NCBI GenBank assembly: GCA_902764715.1
Contig: CACWXE010000004.1
Coordinates: forward strand, 1-42,822
Source: an uncultured Ruminococcus sp.
Lineage (GTDB): Bacteria > Bacillota > Clostridia > Oscillospirales > Acutalibacteraceae
DNA length: 42,822 nt
Direction: 5' to 3'
Shown: positions 1-9,307 of the stretch, piece by piece
Numbering within the stretch: the stretch's first letter is position 1
Layout: each line of letters starts with the position of its first letter
The notes under the pieces: generated by a model
Database searches by the model: none
What the model was told of the DNA's origin: nothing
The model's input: the letters and a program-made list of their open reading frames with translations, nothing else
Made by a program: the position numbers and the translations under genes

Positions 1-1566
1 ATTGGTAGTGTACTTCTCAAAGTTCTTGATGAAGCGCTCCGCCAGATCCTTAGCCTTGTCGTCCCATTCCTTGGGATCGGCATAGGTATCTCTGGGATCG
101 AGGATGCCGGTGTCTACGCCGGGCAGCTCGGTCGGAACCTCAAAGTTGAAGTAGGGGATGGTCTTGGTGGGAGCGTTCTTGATGTCGCCGCCGAGGATCG
201 CGTCGATGATGCCGCGGGTGTCCTTGATGGTGATGCGCTTGCCGGTGCCGTTCCAGCCGGTGTTGACCAGATACGCCTTCGCGCCGCTCTTCTCCATGCG
301 CTTGACCAGCTCCTCAGCGTACTTGGTCGGATGCAGCTCGAGGAACGCCTGACCGAAGCAAGCGGAGAAGGTGGGAGTCGGCTCGGTGATGCCGCGCTCC
401 GTGCCCGCCAGCTTTGCGGTAAAGCCGGAGAGGAAGTAGTACTGGCACTGCTCGGGAGTCAGGATGGATACGGGAGGCAGTACGCCGAACGCGTCAGCGG
501 AAAGGAAGATGACGTTCTCAGCCTCGGGGCCGGCGGAAATGCCGTTGACCTTCTTCGCGATCTTCTCGATGTGCTCGATCGGATAAGAGACGCGGGTGTT
601 CTCGGTCACGCTCTTGTCGTTGAAGTCGATCTTGCCGTTTTCATCGACGGTTACGTTCTCAAGCAGCGCGTCGCGCTTGATGGCGTTATAGATATCAGGC
701 TCGGATTCTTTATCCAGACCGATGACCTTCGCGTAGCAGCCGCCCTCAAAGTTGAAGACGCCGTTGTCGTCCCAGCCGTGCTCGTCGTCGCCGATCAGCA
801 GACGCTTGGGGTCGGTGGACAGAGTGGTCTTGCCGGTGCCGGACAGACCGAAGAAGATAGCGGTGTTCTTGCCCTCCATATCGGTGTTGGCGGAGCAGTG
901 CATAGAAGCGATGCCCTGCAGGGGCAGGTAGTAGTTCATCATAGAGAACATACCCTTCTTCATCTCGCCGCCGTACCATGTGTTCAGGATGACCTGCTCA
1001 CGAGAGGTGACGTTGAAGATCGCCGCGGTTTCGGAGTTGAGCCCCAGCTCCTTGTAGTTCTCGACCTTCGCCTTGGAAGCGTTGTAGCTGATGAAATCGG
1101 GCTCAAAGCTCTTGAGCTCTTCCTCGGTGGGCTGGATGAACATGTTCTTGACAAAGTGAGCCTGCCAAGCGACCTCCATGATGAAGCGGATCGCCATGCG
1201 GGTATCTTTGTTCGCGCCGCAGAAGCAGTCTACGACATAGAGCTTCTTGCCGGAGAGTTCCTCGAGCGCGAGCTTCTTGCACTCGTCCCAAGCCTCCTGA
1301 GAAGCCGGATGGTTATCGTTGGGATATTCGGGAGTCGTCCACCAGACGGTGTCTCTGGAAGTGTCGTCCATGACGATGAACTTGTCTTTGGGCGATCTGC
1401 CGGTATAGATACCGGTCATGACGTTGACGGTGTCCAGCTCGGTGAGCTGACCCTTATCGAAGCCTGTCAGCGCGGGATCCATCTCATCCTTAAATAGCTG
1501 TTCGTACGAGGGATTGTAAACGATCTCCTGTACGCCGTTGATACCATACTTGGTTAAATCAATCAT
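1..1566 (-). CDS. pckA: Phosphoenolpyruvate carboxykinase (ATP), 3' end runs off the window
   Basis: Manual translation from ATG at 1566 (RBS AGGAGG upstream) gives [11 protein letters not shown]...YTGRSPKDK...[26 protein letters not shown]...NFEKYTTN. It is missing from the ORF track because it is open at the window edge. Confidence 0.97.
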   Translation of the reverse strand, partial: MIDLTKYGINGVQEIVYNPSYEQLFKDEMDPALTGFDKGQLTELDTVNVMTGIYTGRSPKDKFIVMDDTSRDTVWWTTPEYPNDNHPASQEAWDECKKLALEELSGKKLYVVDCFCGANKDTRMAIRFIMEVAWQAHFVKNMFIQPTEEELKSFEPDFISYNASKAKVENYKELGLNSETAAIFNVTSREQVILNTWYGGEMKKGMFSMMNYYLPLQGIASMHCSANTDMEGKNTAIFFGLSGTGKTTLSTDPKRLLIGDDEHGWDDNGVFNFEGGCYAKVIGLDKESEPDIYNAIKRDALLENVTVDENGKIDFNDKSVTENTRVSYPIEHIEKIAKKVNGISAGPEAENVIFLSADAFGVLPPVSILTPEQCQYYFLSGFTAKLAGTERGITEPTPTFSACFGQAFLELHPTKYAEELVKRMEKSGAKAYLVNTGWNGTGKRITIKDTRGIIDAILGGDIKNAPTKTIPYFNFEVPTELPGVDTGILDPRDTYADPKEWDDKAKDLAERFIKNFEKYTTN

Positions 1567-1597
1567 AAATATACCTCCTGTTGCGGATAATATGGAC

Positions 1598-1666
1598 TGT
1601 CGTTGCGAAGCCATCGACACACGTATCACACGCGTATGACACGCGTGTCGGGGCTGTGGCAATCTC
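1598..1666 (+). repeat. REP-like palindrome, family C (TGTCATTGCGAG..GTGGCAATCTC), with three 11-bp units in its loop
   Basis: TGTCGTTGCGAAGCC-[GACACACGTAT CACACGCGTAT GACACGCGTGT]-GGCTGTGGCAATCTC. Related copies at 11134, 22305, 23437, 25446, 28635 and 33747. Confidence 0.8.
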
Positions 1667-1692
1667 GCCCTAATTACCCACTATAGTATTAC

Positions 1693-1728
1693 AGGATAAA
1701 TTATCCTATATTTCAAGGCAAAAGTCAA
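1693..1728 (-). promoter_or_regulatory. Putative sigma-A promoter of pckA with an overlapping palindrome
   Basis: TTGACT (1728-1723), 17 bp, GATAAT (1705-1700). A perfect 7-1-7 dyad AGGATAA-A-TTATCCT (1693-1707) overlaps the -10. Confidence 0.5.
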
Positions 1729-1812
1729 GTACCCGCGAGAATTATAATGATACAGATGGGTATACATCCGAGGAAACATGTCAAAGATATGGACAGATAC
1801 GCAGATTTGTGT

Positions 1813-1845
1813 AAAAAGCTGCCCCCGAGAGATCTCAGGGGCAAC
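1813..1845 (-). terminator. Intrinsic terminator of the first sigma/anti-sigma operon
   Basis: TGCCCC...GGGGCA stem followed by a T-run on the minus strand, just past the stop at 1864. Confidence 0.55.
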
Positions 1846-1863
1846 CAGATCGAAAGATATGGA

Positions 1864-2670
1864 TTATACCAGCTTTGCGCTGATGGTCGCAACGCCGTCC
1901 TCGGTGACGCTGTCGCAGGCAAAGACAAGTTTTTTTGTCTCGGCTGTACCGTCGGTATAGGTGATTTTCGCTTCGACCGAAACACGCTCCAAAAGCGCGG
2001 TATAGAGGGTGCTTGAGCAATCTGCGATACTGAATTTGCTGTCGTCGTAATCCTCTTGCAAGGCAGGCATTTCCAGCTTTGCTCTCGCGTGGTCAAACCA
2101 ATCGCGGATCGCCTGCCGCGTTTCCTTGGAGAGGGTCGTATCTGCGGTGTCGGCAGAAAATCCCAGAAGGGTAAACATCTTTTCGTCCTCTTCCACAGAG
2201 ATGACCTCGGACTGGTTCAGGCTTTTCTTATTCTCGCCCTGTGCGCCGATACTTCCGTTTTTGACCGTGTAGAGAACGTCGTCAACCTTCTCACCCTCGA
2301 CCCTGATATTAAAAGCAAAGCTGTAGGTCATCGTGACCTCGTCGTTTTCCTCATGGAAATCTCCGCCAACCCCGTTCAGCGTACCGACAGGAGTATAGCC
2401 GCTGTCGAATATTTCGGCGGCGTTCACGGTAATGATAAAGGGGCTTTCTTTCGGGGAAAGGGCGCTGATGCCGAATACCGCTCCGAATAAGAGTGCGAGC
2501 GCAAGCGACGCTGCGATAACGTTCCGCTTGATATGATTCGATTTTCTGTTTTTCATAGGGATGATCTTCTCCTTTTTTTCACTGTCCCTGACGGCGGACA
2601 GCATATGATCCACAACCCTTTCGGGTGCTTTGATGCTGTCCATCGTCTGTTCATACAGGCTTTTCTTCAT
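1864..2670 (-). CDS. Putative anti-sigma factor (single TM, extracytoplasmic C-terminus)
   Basis: 268 aa. Short cytoplasmic N-terminus, then TM IAASLALALLFGAVFGI. Overlaps the sigma gene stop (ATGA). Confidence 0.75.
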   Translation of the reverse strand: MKKSLYEQTMDSIKAPERVVDHMLSAVRDSEKKEKIIPMKNRKSNHIKRNVIAASLALALLFGAVFGISALSPKESPFIITVNAAEIFDSGYTPVGTLNGVGGDFHEENDEVTMTYSFAFNIRVEGEKVDDVLYTVKNGSIGAQGENKKSLNQSEVISVEEDEKMFTLLGFSADTADTTLSKETRQAIRDWFDHARAKLEMPALQEDYDDSKFSIADCSSTLYTALLERVSVEAKITYTDGTAETKKLVFACDSVTEDGVATISAKLV

Positions 2671-3140
2671 TTTCTTTCCTCCTCAAGGATGGTTTTGAGC
2701 TTTTTGCGTGCACGCCGCAGGTCGGAGCTGACGGTGTTGGGGTTTATGCGCAGGATTTCGGCGATTTCTGAGATCGTGTATTTCTCATAGTAGTACAGAT
2801 AGATGATGTTCCGCTGCTTCTTCGGCAGTTCGAAAATCTCCTCCATCACGAGCTCCTGCTCGGGAGCTTCAAGCGTCAGATGGTTTTCGAGGCCCTCGGT
2901 GCGGGTCTGCCACACCAGCCGCCGAAAGCCGTTACACTTGTTGACGGTGATGCGGATCAGCCAGTATTTCACCCCTTCGTCGGTTTTGTCAGTGGGGCAT
3001 TTGGTGATCAGCTCCGTCAGGACATCCTGAAGGATATCCTCCGCATCGGCGGGATTTTTCAGATTGTTCAGCGCGATGCGATAGATCATATCGGAGTAAC
3101 TCCGGATATAGAATTCTGCTTTTTCGGTACCGAGTTTGAT
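2667..3140 (-). CDS. ECF-type RNA polymerase sigma factor; probable ATC start at 3140 (first ATG at 3089)
   Basis: Region 2 DAEDILQDV...WLIRITVNKC and region 4 LPKKQRNIIYLYYYEKYTISEIAEIL..TVSSDLRRAR. RBS AAAGGAGGT lies 7 nt before an in-frame ATC. Confidence 0.9.
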   Translation of the reverse strand: MKLGTEKAEFYIRSYSDMIYRIALNNLKNPADAEDILQDVLTELITKCPTDKTDEGVKYWLIRITVNKCNGFRRLVWQTRTEGLENHLTLEAPEQELVMEEIFELPKKQRNIIYLYYYEKYTISEIAEILRINPNTVSSDLRRARKKLKTILEEERK

Positions 3141-3231
3141 AAAGCTGACCTCCTTTCACCTATAACACGTTTTTGAACGGGCGTTTTCGTGCATTATGAA
3201 AATATGAAAATATTTTAACAAAAAGATTCTG

Positions 3232-3287
3232 TTGACAAATACCCCTATAGGGTATATAATGAGCGCAGAGATACCCCGAGGGGGTAT
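3232..3287 (+). promoter_or_regulatory. sigma-A promoter of csoR-copA with two CsoR operators
   Basis: TTGACA 3232-3237, 17 bp, TATAAT 3255-3260. Dyads ATACCCCTATAGGGTAT (3239-3255) and ATACCCCGAGGGGGTAT (3271-3287) match the TACCC..GGGTA CsoR operator type. Confidence 0.9.
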
Positions 3288-3295
3288 ATGACAAT

Positions 3296-3402
3296 ACTGA
3301 AGAATGAAGAATGATTGTTTCTCCCTTTGGTCGATCATTAGAACAATCCCTCAGTCGCCCGACACGTATGTCAGGCGACAGCCCCCTTTACCAAAGGGAG
3401 CC
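3296..3402 (+). repeat. Composite repeat: TGAAGAA heptamers plus family A double hairpin (AATCCCTCAGTCGCC..GGCGACAGC..CCTTTACCAAAGGGAGCC)
   Basis: Closely similar copy at 6545-6642. Family A also at 3785-3842 (-), 9490-9648, 20034-20082 and, partially, 12821-12887. Confidence 0.8.
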
Positions 3403-3478
3403 CTATGGAATCCTGCGGATTCCGAATTTATATTGATGAATACACCATTTGATAAACCGAAAAAACGGAGGGTATTTT

Positions 3479-3778
3479 ATGCCGTGTGAACACTGCTTAT
3501 CACAGAAGAAAACCGAGAGAACAGAGGAAGAGAAGAAAAAGCTGATCAACCGCCTGTCCCGCATCGAGGGGCAGATCCGCGGGATCCGCAATCTGGTGGA
3601 AAACGACGCCTACTGCGTGGATATCCTCACCCAGAGCGCCGCGGCGAAAAACGCCTTTGCCGCCTTTAACCGCGAGCTGCTGCGCCGCCATATCGAGGGC
3701 TGCGTGGTGCGCGACATCAAAAACGATGAAGCGGATATCGACGAGCTGATGGACATCATCGGGAAGTTGATGAAATGA
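3479..3778 (+). CDS. csoR: Copper-sensing transcriptional repressor, CsoR family
   Basis: LINRLSRIEGQIRGI...YCVDILTQ...HIEGCV (C-H-C copper ligands). RBS GGAGG before ATG 3479. Confidence 0.93.
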   Translation: MPCEHCLSQKKTERTEEEKKKLINRLSRIEGQIRGIRNLVENDAYCVDILTQSAAAKNAFAAFNRELLRRHIEGCVVRDIKNDEADIDELMDIIGKLMK

Positions 3779-3784
3779 ACAATA

Positions 3785-3946
3785 GACTCCCTTTTCTAAG
3801 GGAGCTGTCACCTGACGCTTGCGTCAGGATAACTGAGGGTTGAAAAACGTATATTTGATGACTGTTTATCTTTCATCTTACCATACGCGACAACCCTCCG
3901 CCCCTTGACACGCGTGTCCGGGGCACCTCCCTTAGAAAAGGGAGGC
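3785..3946. repeat. Inverted doublet of double-hairpin elements (family A on -, family B on +) between csoR and copA
   Basis: GACTCCCTTTTCTAAGGGAGCTGTC...AACTGAGGGTTG, then CAACCCTCCG...CACCTCCCTTAGAAAAGGGAGGC. Family B also at 9368-9411. Confidence 0.75.
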
Positions 3947-3963
3947 AAAAAGGGAGAATTGAT

Positions 3964-6498
3964 ATGGAACGCTATGATGTAGGCGGAATGAGCTGCGCTG
4001 CATGTTCGGCGCGGGTCGAAAAGGCTGTCGGCAAGGTCGACGGCGTGACCTCCTGCTCGGTGAGTCTGCTGACCAACTCGATGGTCGTCGAGGGCAGCGC
4101 GAGCGCTGACGAGATCATCGGCGCTGTGGAACACGCCGGCTATACCGCCAAGGCGCAAAACGCCGCGACAAAACAAAACAACAAAATAAAAATCGAAAAG
4201 CCGAACGAGGTCAAGCCGCTTGTTCAGCGCTTCATTATCTCGCTCGTGCTGCTGCTCGTACTGATGTATTTTTCGATGGGGCACGTGATGTGGCACTTTC
4301 CTTTGCCGCCGTTTTTCGAGGGCAACCCCATCGCGATCGCGCTGGTGCAGATGGTCCTCAGCGCCGCGGTGATGATCATCAACAAGCGATTCTTTGTCAG
4401 CGGCTTCAAAGGGCTGATTCACCGCGCGCCGAACATGGACACGCTGGTATCCCTCGGCTCCGCGGCGAGCTTCATATGGAGTGTTTACGAGCTGTTCATG
4501 ATGACGGCAACAGAGGGTGAAGCGCGGATGAGCCTGCTGCACGGACTGTACTTTGAATCCGCCGCCATGATACTCGTGCTCATCACGCTGGGCAAGATCT
4601 TAGAAGCGCACAGCAAGGGCAAAACGACCGACGCCCTGCAATCGCTGATGGACTTATCCCCGAAAACCGCCGTCGTGGAACGCGACGGAAAAGAGGTGGA
4701 AGTCCCGATCGAGGCGGTGAACATCGGTGATATCTTCATCCTGCGCCCGGGTATGAGCGTGCCGGTGGACGGCGTGGTCATCGAGGGCGAGAGCACGCTC
4801 GACGAAAGTATGCTGACTGGTGAGAGCATCCCTGTCGATAAGGCGTTGGACGCGCAGGTCTACTCCGCGACCATCAACCAAAACGGTTATCTCAAATGCC
4901 GCGCCACCCGCGTGGGCGAGGACACGACCCTGAGTCAGATCATCCGCACCGTCTATGAGGCGTCCGCCACCAAAGCGCCGATCGCGCGTATCGCCGACAA
5001 GGTGTCCGGCGTATTCGTGCCGGTCGTCATCGGGATCGCGCTGATCACCTTCATTATCTGGCTGATCACCGGCGCAGAATTCTCCTACGCGCTCGAGCGA
5101 GGGATCTCGGTGCTCGTGATCTCCTGCCCCTGCGCCCTAGGCTTGGCTACGCCCGTATCGATCATGGTCGGCAACGGCGTAGGCGCAAAGGCGGGCATCC
5201 TGTTCAAGAACGCCGAGGCGCTGGAAACTGCGGGCAAAACGCAGATCGTCGCGCTCGACAAAACCGGCACCATCACCAAGGGTTCGCCCGAGGTCACCGA
5301 CCTTGTACCCGCCGACGATGTGACCGAAACCGAGCTGTTACAGATCGCGTACAGCATCGAAAAGCTCAGCGCCCATCCGCTGGCGGAGGCGGTCACGGTA
5401 TACGCCGAGGGAAAAAACACCTCTGCTCTGCCCTGTGAGGATTTCCGAAATCTTTCGGGTCACGGTCTGTCGGGTGAGATCGACGGAGAGACCGTCTATG
5501 CGGGATCGCCCCGTTTTATCCGCTCCAAAATCAAATTCAATGAGGACAGCGAAAGAAAAACCAACGCGTTGGCAAGCACATTGGCGGGCGACGGCAAAAC
5601 GCCAATGCTGTTCGCAAAAGGCGGCAGACTGCTTGGCGTGATCGCGGCGGCTGACGCCGTCAAGGATGACAGCAAGACCGCGGTCAGGGAGCTGGCTGAG
5701 CTGGGCGTCCGCACGGTCCTGATCACAGGCGACAATGAGAATACTGCCACAGCGATCGCAAACACTGTCGGAATCGAAAAAATATACGCAAGCATATTGC
5801 CCTCGGGCAAGAGCGATATTATCAACGAGCTCAAGCACTACGGCAAGACCGCGATGGCGGGCGACGGCATCAACGACGCGCCCGCGCTGACCGCCGCGGA
5901 CACCGGAATCGCCATCGGCTCTGGCTCGGATATCGCGATCGACTCGGCGGATGTGGTACTGGTCGGCTCTAAGCTGACCGATCTGACCGCCGCGATCCGT
6001 CTGTCGCGCCAAACCCTGCGCAACATCCACCAAAACCTGTTCTGGGCGTTCATCTACAACATCATCGGCATCCCGCTTGCGGCGGGGTTATGGATCCCGA
6101 TCTTCGGCATCGCGCTGAATCCGATGTTCGGCGCGGCGGCAATGAGCCTGAGCAGTTTTTGCGTCGTCAGCAACGCCCTGCGGCTGAATCTGTTCGATCC
6201 GCACAAGCACAAAAAGAGTCACAAAACGGCTGTGGCACTGCCCGCGGCTGATGAAAATACCAACAGTAAAGGAGAACCCAAAACCATGAAAACCGTGATC
6301 AATGTTGAGGGCATGATGTGCCCGATGTGCGAAAAGCACGTAAAAGAATCCATCGAAAAGAATCTGAACGTCGAGAGCGTCACCGCCTCTCACGAAGCGA
6401 ACAAGGTCGAGATCATCTCCGCCGAGCCGATCGACTACGACAAAGCGGCGGCGGCGATCACCGACGCGGGCTACACGCCCAAGGGAATTGCGGAATAA
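3964..6498 (+). CDS. copA: Cu(+)-translocating P1B-type ATPase with N- and C-terminal HMA domains
   Basis: GMSCAAC, TGES, CPCALGLATP, DKTGT, HP, GDGINDAP, YN and MSLSS motifs. C-terminal GMMCPMC domain. Confidence 0.96.
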   Translation: MERYDVGGMSCAACSARVEKAVGKVDGVTSCSVSLLTNSMVVEGSASADEIIGAVEHAGYTAKAQNAATKQNNKIKIEKPNEVKPLVQRFIISLVLLLVLMYFSMGHVMWHFPLPPFFEGNPIAIALVQMVLSAAVMIINKRFFVSGFKGLIHRAPNMDTLVSLGSAASFIWSVYELFMMTATEGEARMSLLHGLYFESAAMILVLITLGKILEAHSKGKTTDALQSLMDLSPKTAVVERDGKEVEVPIEAVNIGDIFILRPGMSVPVDGVVIEGESTLDESMLTGESIPVDKALDAQVYSATINQNGYLKCRATRVGEDTTLSQIIRTVYEASATKAPIARIADKVSGVFVPVVIGIALITFIIWLITGAEFSYALERGISVLVISCPCALGLATPVSIMVGNGVGAKAGILFKNAEALETAGKTQIVALDKTGTITKGSPEVTDLVPADDVTETELLQIAYSIEKLSAHPLAEAVTVYAEGKNTSALPCEDFRNLSGHGLSGEIDGETVYAGSPRFIRSKIKFNEDSERKTNALASTLAGDGKTPMLFAKGGRLLGVIAAADAVKDDSKTAVRELAELGVRTVLITGDNENTATAIANTVGIEKIYASILPSGKSDIINELKHYGKTAMAGDGINDAPALTAADTGIAIGSGSDIAIDSADVVLVGSKLTDLTAAIRLSRQTLRNIHQNLFWAFIYNIIGIPLAAGLWIPIFGIALNPMFGAAAMSLSSFCVVSNALRLNLFDPHKHKKSHKTAVALPAADENTNSKGEPKTMKTVINVEGMMCPMCEKHVKESIEKNLNVESVTASHEANKVEIISAEPIDYDKAAAAITDAGYTPKGIAE

Positions 6499-6522
6499 GG
6501 GTGCGCTGCGGAGACCTTTTTC

Positions 6523-6642
6523 GACTGAAAAATGAATACTGAAAACTGAAGAATGAAGAATCGAAGTATCTCCCTTCGGTCGGTCAATTAGTGCAATTCC
6601 TCAGTCGCCAACGGGCGACAGCTCCTTTTACCAAAAGGAGCC
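6523..6642 (+). repeat. Composite heptamer plus family A repeat after copA
   Basis: (TGAAGAA/TGAAAA)n, TCTCCCTTCGGTCG, then CAATTCCTCAGTCGCC-AACG-GGCGACAGCTCCTTTTACCAAAAGGAGCC. Confidence 0.8.
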
Positions 6643-6676
6643 TTGGGAAGCGACTACTCATATTAAATGTTTCTGA

Positions 6677-6721
6677 CAAAAAGAACGCAGTCGGTTTTGA
6701 TGCCGACTGCGTTCTTTCTTT
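6677..6721. terminator. Bidirectional intrinsic terminator
   Basis: AAAAAGAACGCAGTCGG-loop-CCGACTGCGTTCTTT between convergent genes. Confidence 0.85.
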
Positions 6722-6756
6722 GTGTATATTTTGTTGGATTTTGCGATGACTGCTTA

Positions 6757-7800
6757 TTAGCTGATCAGATACCGCTGCAAGCGGGTCGCGTCGAGGATCG
6801 TGCGCTCGCCGTCGCGGTCGAAGTCGGAGTAATACTTGACGGAATATCTCCACAAGCCGTCGTCCGCCTTGATCTCGTCATCAGCGGGATATTCCCGTAT
6901 ATTCACCTCACAACGCTGAATGATGGTCACGTCGATGACAGAAAGCTCGTTATCACGGTCGAGGTCGCCGATCAATCTGCCGCCGCCGAGCTCGTCAAAC
7001 ACCTTGACAAAGTCGGCATAACCGCCGCGTGCCGCTGACTGTGCGTCCACAAAGGTATCGTTCTTGACGTCATAGACGCCGTAGCCGGAATCAAACGGAA
7101 TACCGCAGCTGCCGAGCAGGATAACGCGGTTACCGATGATGGTCGCAAACTCCATTGGCGTTTGAACATTGGAACAACCGTAAACCAGTATCCAGTCGCA
7201 GTCTCCGGTTACGTCCGTATGATAATACAGCTCGCTGTATGCCGTTACCTCTGCGTTCGCAACTGCTCTTGTACAAAGAACTCTGAATTGTTCTTCTCTC
7301 TGTTCAGCGGGATAATCGATATTGTTTTCAATCGGTTCTATCGGCAATCCCTCGTCATCAAAATAGATTCCTTCTACCTCGTTATATGCGGCAGCGGCTT
7401 CGATCTGCGCCTTGGTCAAGTTCGCGTTGATGCACAAACAGTAGGTCTCGTTGATACACGCTTCATCCAAAGAAAACGCTTCGATAAAACTGTTGACGGC
7501 GGCAGCTTCCTGCTCAAAAACGATCCGATTATAGATCATTCGATAAGCATCCACTTCCTCTTGCGTCATATTCAGCGGCAAGCCGCCGATATAACCGCAT
7601 TCTTTGATTGCCTGACGGAACACTTCTTCATTGTCGACCGGATTATACAGCCAGATGATCACGCGGATCGTTTCGTCCTCTTCGGCGGCATCCATTTTTG
7701 CCTGTAATGAATCGGCGATCTTTCCCTTAGCCGACACGCCGATCACACAGAAAGTCAGCATAATTGCCAGCGTCAAAATGATACATACTACTTTTTTCAT
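6757..7800 (-). CDS. Secreted protein with C-terminal type I dockerin
   Basis: Signal peptide MKKVVCIILTLAIML..VSA. Two Ca-loop repeats GDLDRDNELSVIDVTIIQR and SDFDRDGERTILDATRLQRYL. Confidence 0.85.
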   Translation of the reverse strand: MKKVVCIILTLAIMLTFCVIGVSAKGKIADSLQAKMDAAEEDETIRVIIWLYNPVDNEEVFRQAIKECGYIGGLPLNMTQEEVDAYRMIYNRIVFEQEAAAVNSFIEAFSLDEACINETYCLCINANLTKAQIEAAAAYNEVEGIYFDDEGLPIEPIENNIDYPAEQREEQFRVLCTRAVANAEVTAYSELYYHTDVTGDCDWILVYGCSNVQTPMEFATIIGNRVILLGSCGIPFDSGYGVYDVKNDTFVDAQSAARGGYADFVKVFDELGGGRLIGDLDRDNELSVIDVTIIQRCEVNIREYPADDEIKADDGLWRYSVKYYSDFDRDGERTILDATRLQRYLIS

Positions 7801-7830
7801 GTTAATTCCTCCTTTGCTGAAAACCGCAGG

Positions 7831-8796
7831 CTATAACAGACAGGTGCCTGATTTCAGAATATTGCCCTCGATGTCATAGATATAATAGTTGACATACTCA
7901 CCTTTGAGTTCATCGGGGATGGTGATATGGTTTTTAAATTGATAGCTGTAAATGTTCTTTTGCCGGTCGGTGCCGAGGAACAGCATCAAACGATTGCCGT
8001 CAAACAAACCACCTTCGCCGATGATCTCACCGTCATAGGTTTCCAAACGGCAAAACACATTATGATCCCTTCCTGGATGTACGTCCCACGGGATAGAAGC
8101 GGTGATATAAGACGTTCCGGGAGGTTCCGTCGGATCATCCCAAATCGGCTCCCACGGCGCTGTGGTCGGCAGTTCTACAGGTGGAGCAACCTCGGTCTCA
8201 TGCGACGCTGTTTCGATCAGCGTCGGAGCGGCGGTGGGATCGGGTGTGACGGGGCTCGTGGATGCAGTCGGCTTTTGCGGGGCGGCAGTCGGGGACTGCG
8301 ACGTTCCGCCGTGTCGGGTGGCAGAGCCCCTTTGATCGCCCGGTGTGGTGGGAGAGGCGCTTTCGGAGCCGCCCTGTCCGCTCAGCGCGGTGGGAGAAGT
8401 GCGGTCGCCGCCGAGGGCATTCTCGACGGATTGTGATGAAGCGGATGGCTCCTCCGAAGGATGAGCACCATTTTGATTACCGTCATCGGGAACCGAAACG
8501 ACCTCGGTCGCGACCGTCGCGCCGTACTCGTCGGTCGACCAGACGATCTGCGTGGAGTCGGGCTTAGAATCGGACTTGACGGCAATCGGGGGCTTACTGC
8601 CCATCGACAAAAACAGGGAGATACTCAGCGCGGTGACCAGCACCAAACTCGCCGCCAGCGCGATAAAGCGCGGCTTGCGCCAAAAAGGTACGACAGCAGG
8701 CTTTTGCTCCTCTGCTTCGGGGATCGCGAGCGCGTTCTCGATCCACTGCTCGGGGATGGGGAGGTTCTTGATGGTATTAAAGTTGAATTCTTTCAT
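7831..8796 (-). CDS. Putative anti-sigma factor (TM, Pro/Ser/Thr-rich linker, C-terminal domain)
   Basis: TM FIALAASLVLVTALSISLFL, then a long PST-rich region. ATGA overlap with the upstream sigma gene. Confidence 0.75.
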   Translation of the reverse strand: MKEFNFNTIKNLPIPEQWIENALAIPEAEEQKPAVVPFWRKPRFIALAASLVLVTALSISLFLSMGSKPPIAVKSDSKPDSTQIVWSTDEYGATVATEVVSVPDDGNQNGAHPSEEPSASSQSVENALGGDRTSPTALSGQGGSESASPTTPGDQRGSATRHGGTSQSPTAAPQKPTASTSPVTPDPTAAPTLIETASHETEVAPPVELPTTAPWEPIWDDPTEPPGTSYITASIPWDVHPGRDHNVFCRLETYDGEIIGEGGLFDGNRLMLFLGTDRQKNIYSYQFKNHITIPDELKGEYVNYYIYDIEGNILKSGTCLL

Positions 8797-9290
8797 CTTC
8801 CGTCACCTCCCGAATAGATCGCCTTGAGCTTCTCTCTGCCGCGGTGCAGGAGCGTTTTGACCGTGTTGGTGTTTTTGCCGAGGACGTCGGCGATCTCTCT
8901 GACCTTCATCTGCTCGACATAGTGCAGATAGATCACCTCGCGGTAGTCGGGATCGAGCTTCATCAACGCCCACGAAAGATCAGCGTCGTCCTCGGCGGAG
9001 GGGGCCGGGAGTTGGAGTGCCGCGTCGAGGGAGAGATGGCGTCGGCTGTCGCGGAGCAGGTTCTTGCACTCGTTGATCGCGACTCGCAACAACCATGCCT
9101 TGAGGTGGTTTTCATCCTTGAAGTCCGGGGACTTTTGGTAGAGCTTGATGAACGTGTTCTGGAAGCAATCCTCGGCGTCCGCCCAGTTTTGCAGCCGCAT
9201 CATACAGGCGGAGGAAACGTTTTGGGCATACTTGCGCACAGTCTGTTCATAGCTCAAACCGGCATACAGGTTGCTGTCGTTTTTGCCCAT
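8793..9290 (-). CDS. ECF-type RNA polymerase sigma factor
   Basis: DAEDCFQNTFIKLY...KAWLLRVAINEC and LDPDYREVIYLHYVE..EIADVLG..NTVKTLLHRGREKL. ATG 9290 follows a G-rich RBS. Confidence 0.92.
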   Translation of the reverse strand: MGKNDSNLYAGLSYEQTVRKYAQNVSSACMMRLQNWADAEDCFQNTFIKLYQKSPDFKDENHLKAWLLRVAINECKNLLRDSRRHLSLDAALQLPAPSAEDDADLSWALMKLDPDYREVIYLHYVEQMKVREIADVLGKNTNTVKTLLHRGREKLKAIYSGGDGR

Positions 9291-9307
9291 TTTGTTCCCC
9301 CCTTCAC

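Noticed and set aside
331-1497. 388-aa plus-strand ORF, and similar long ORFs at 17515-18879, 28726-30375 and 36283-37677
   Set aside because: These are antisense shadows of real genes (pckA, infB, glgP, repeat protein) caused by GC3 codon bias. They have no recognisable motifs.
1747-2016. Small plus-strand ORFs (89 and 60 aa) after a TATAAT
   Set aside because: They run through a terminator hairpin and are antisense to the anti-sigma gene. They have no recognisable features.
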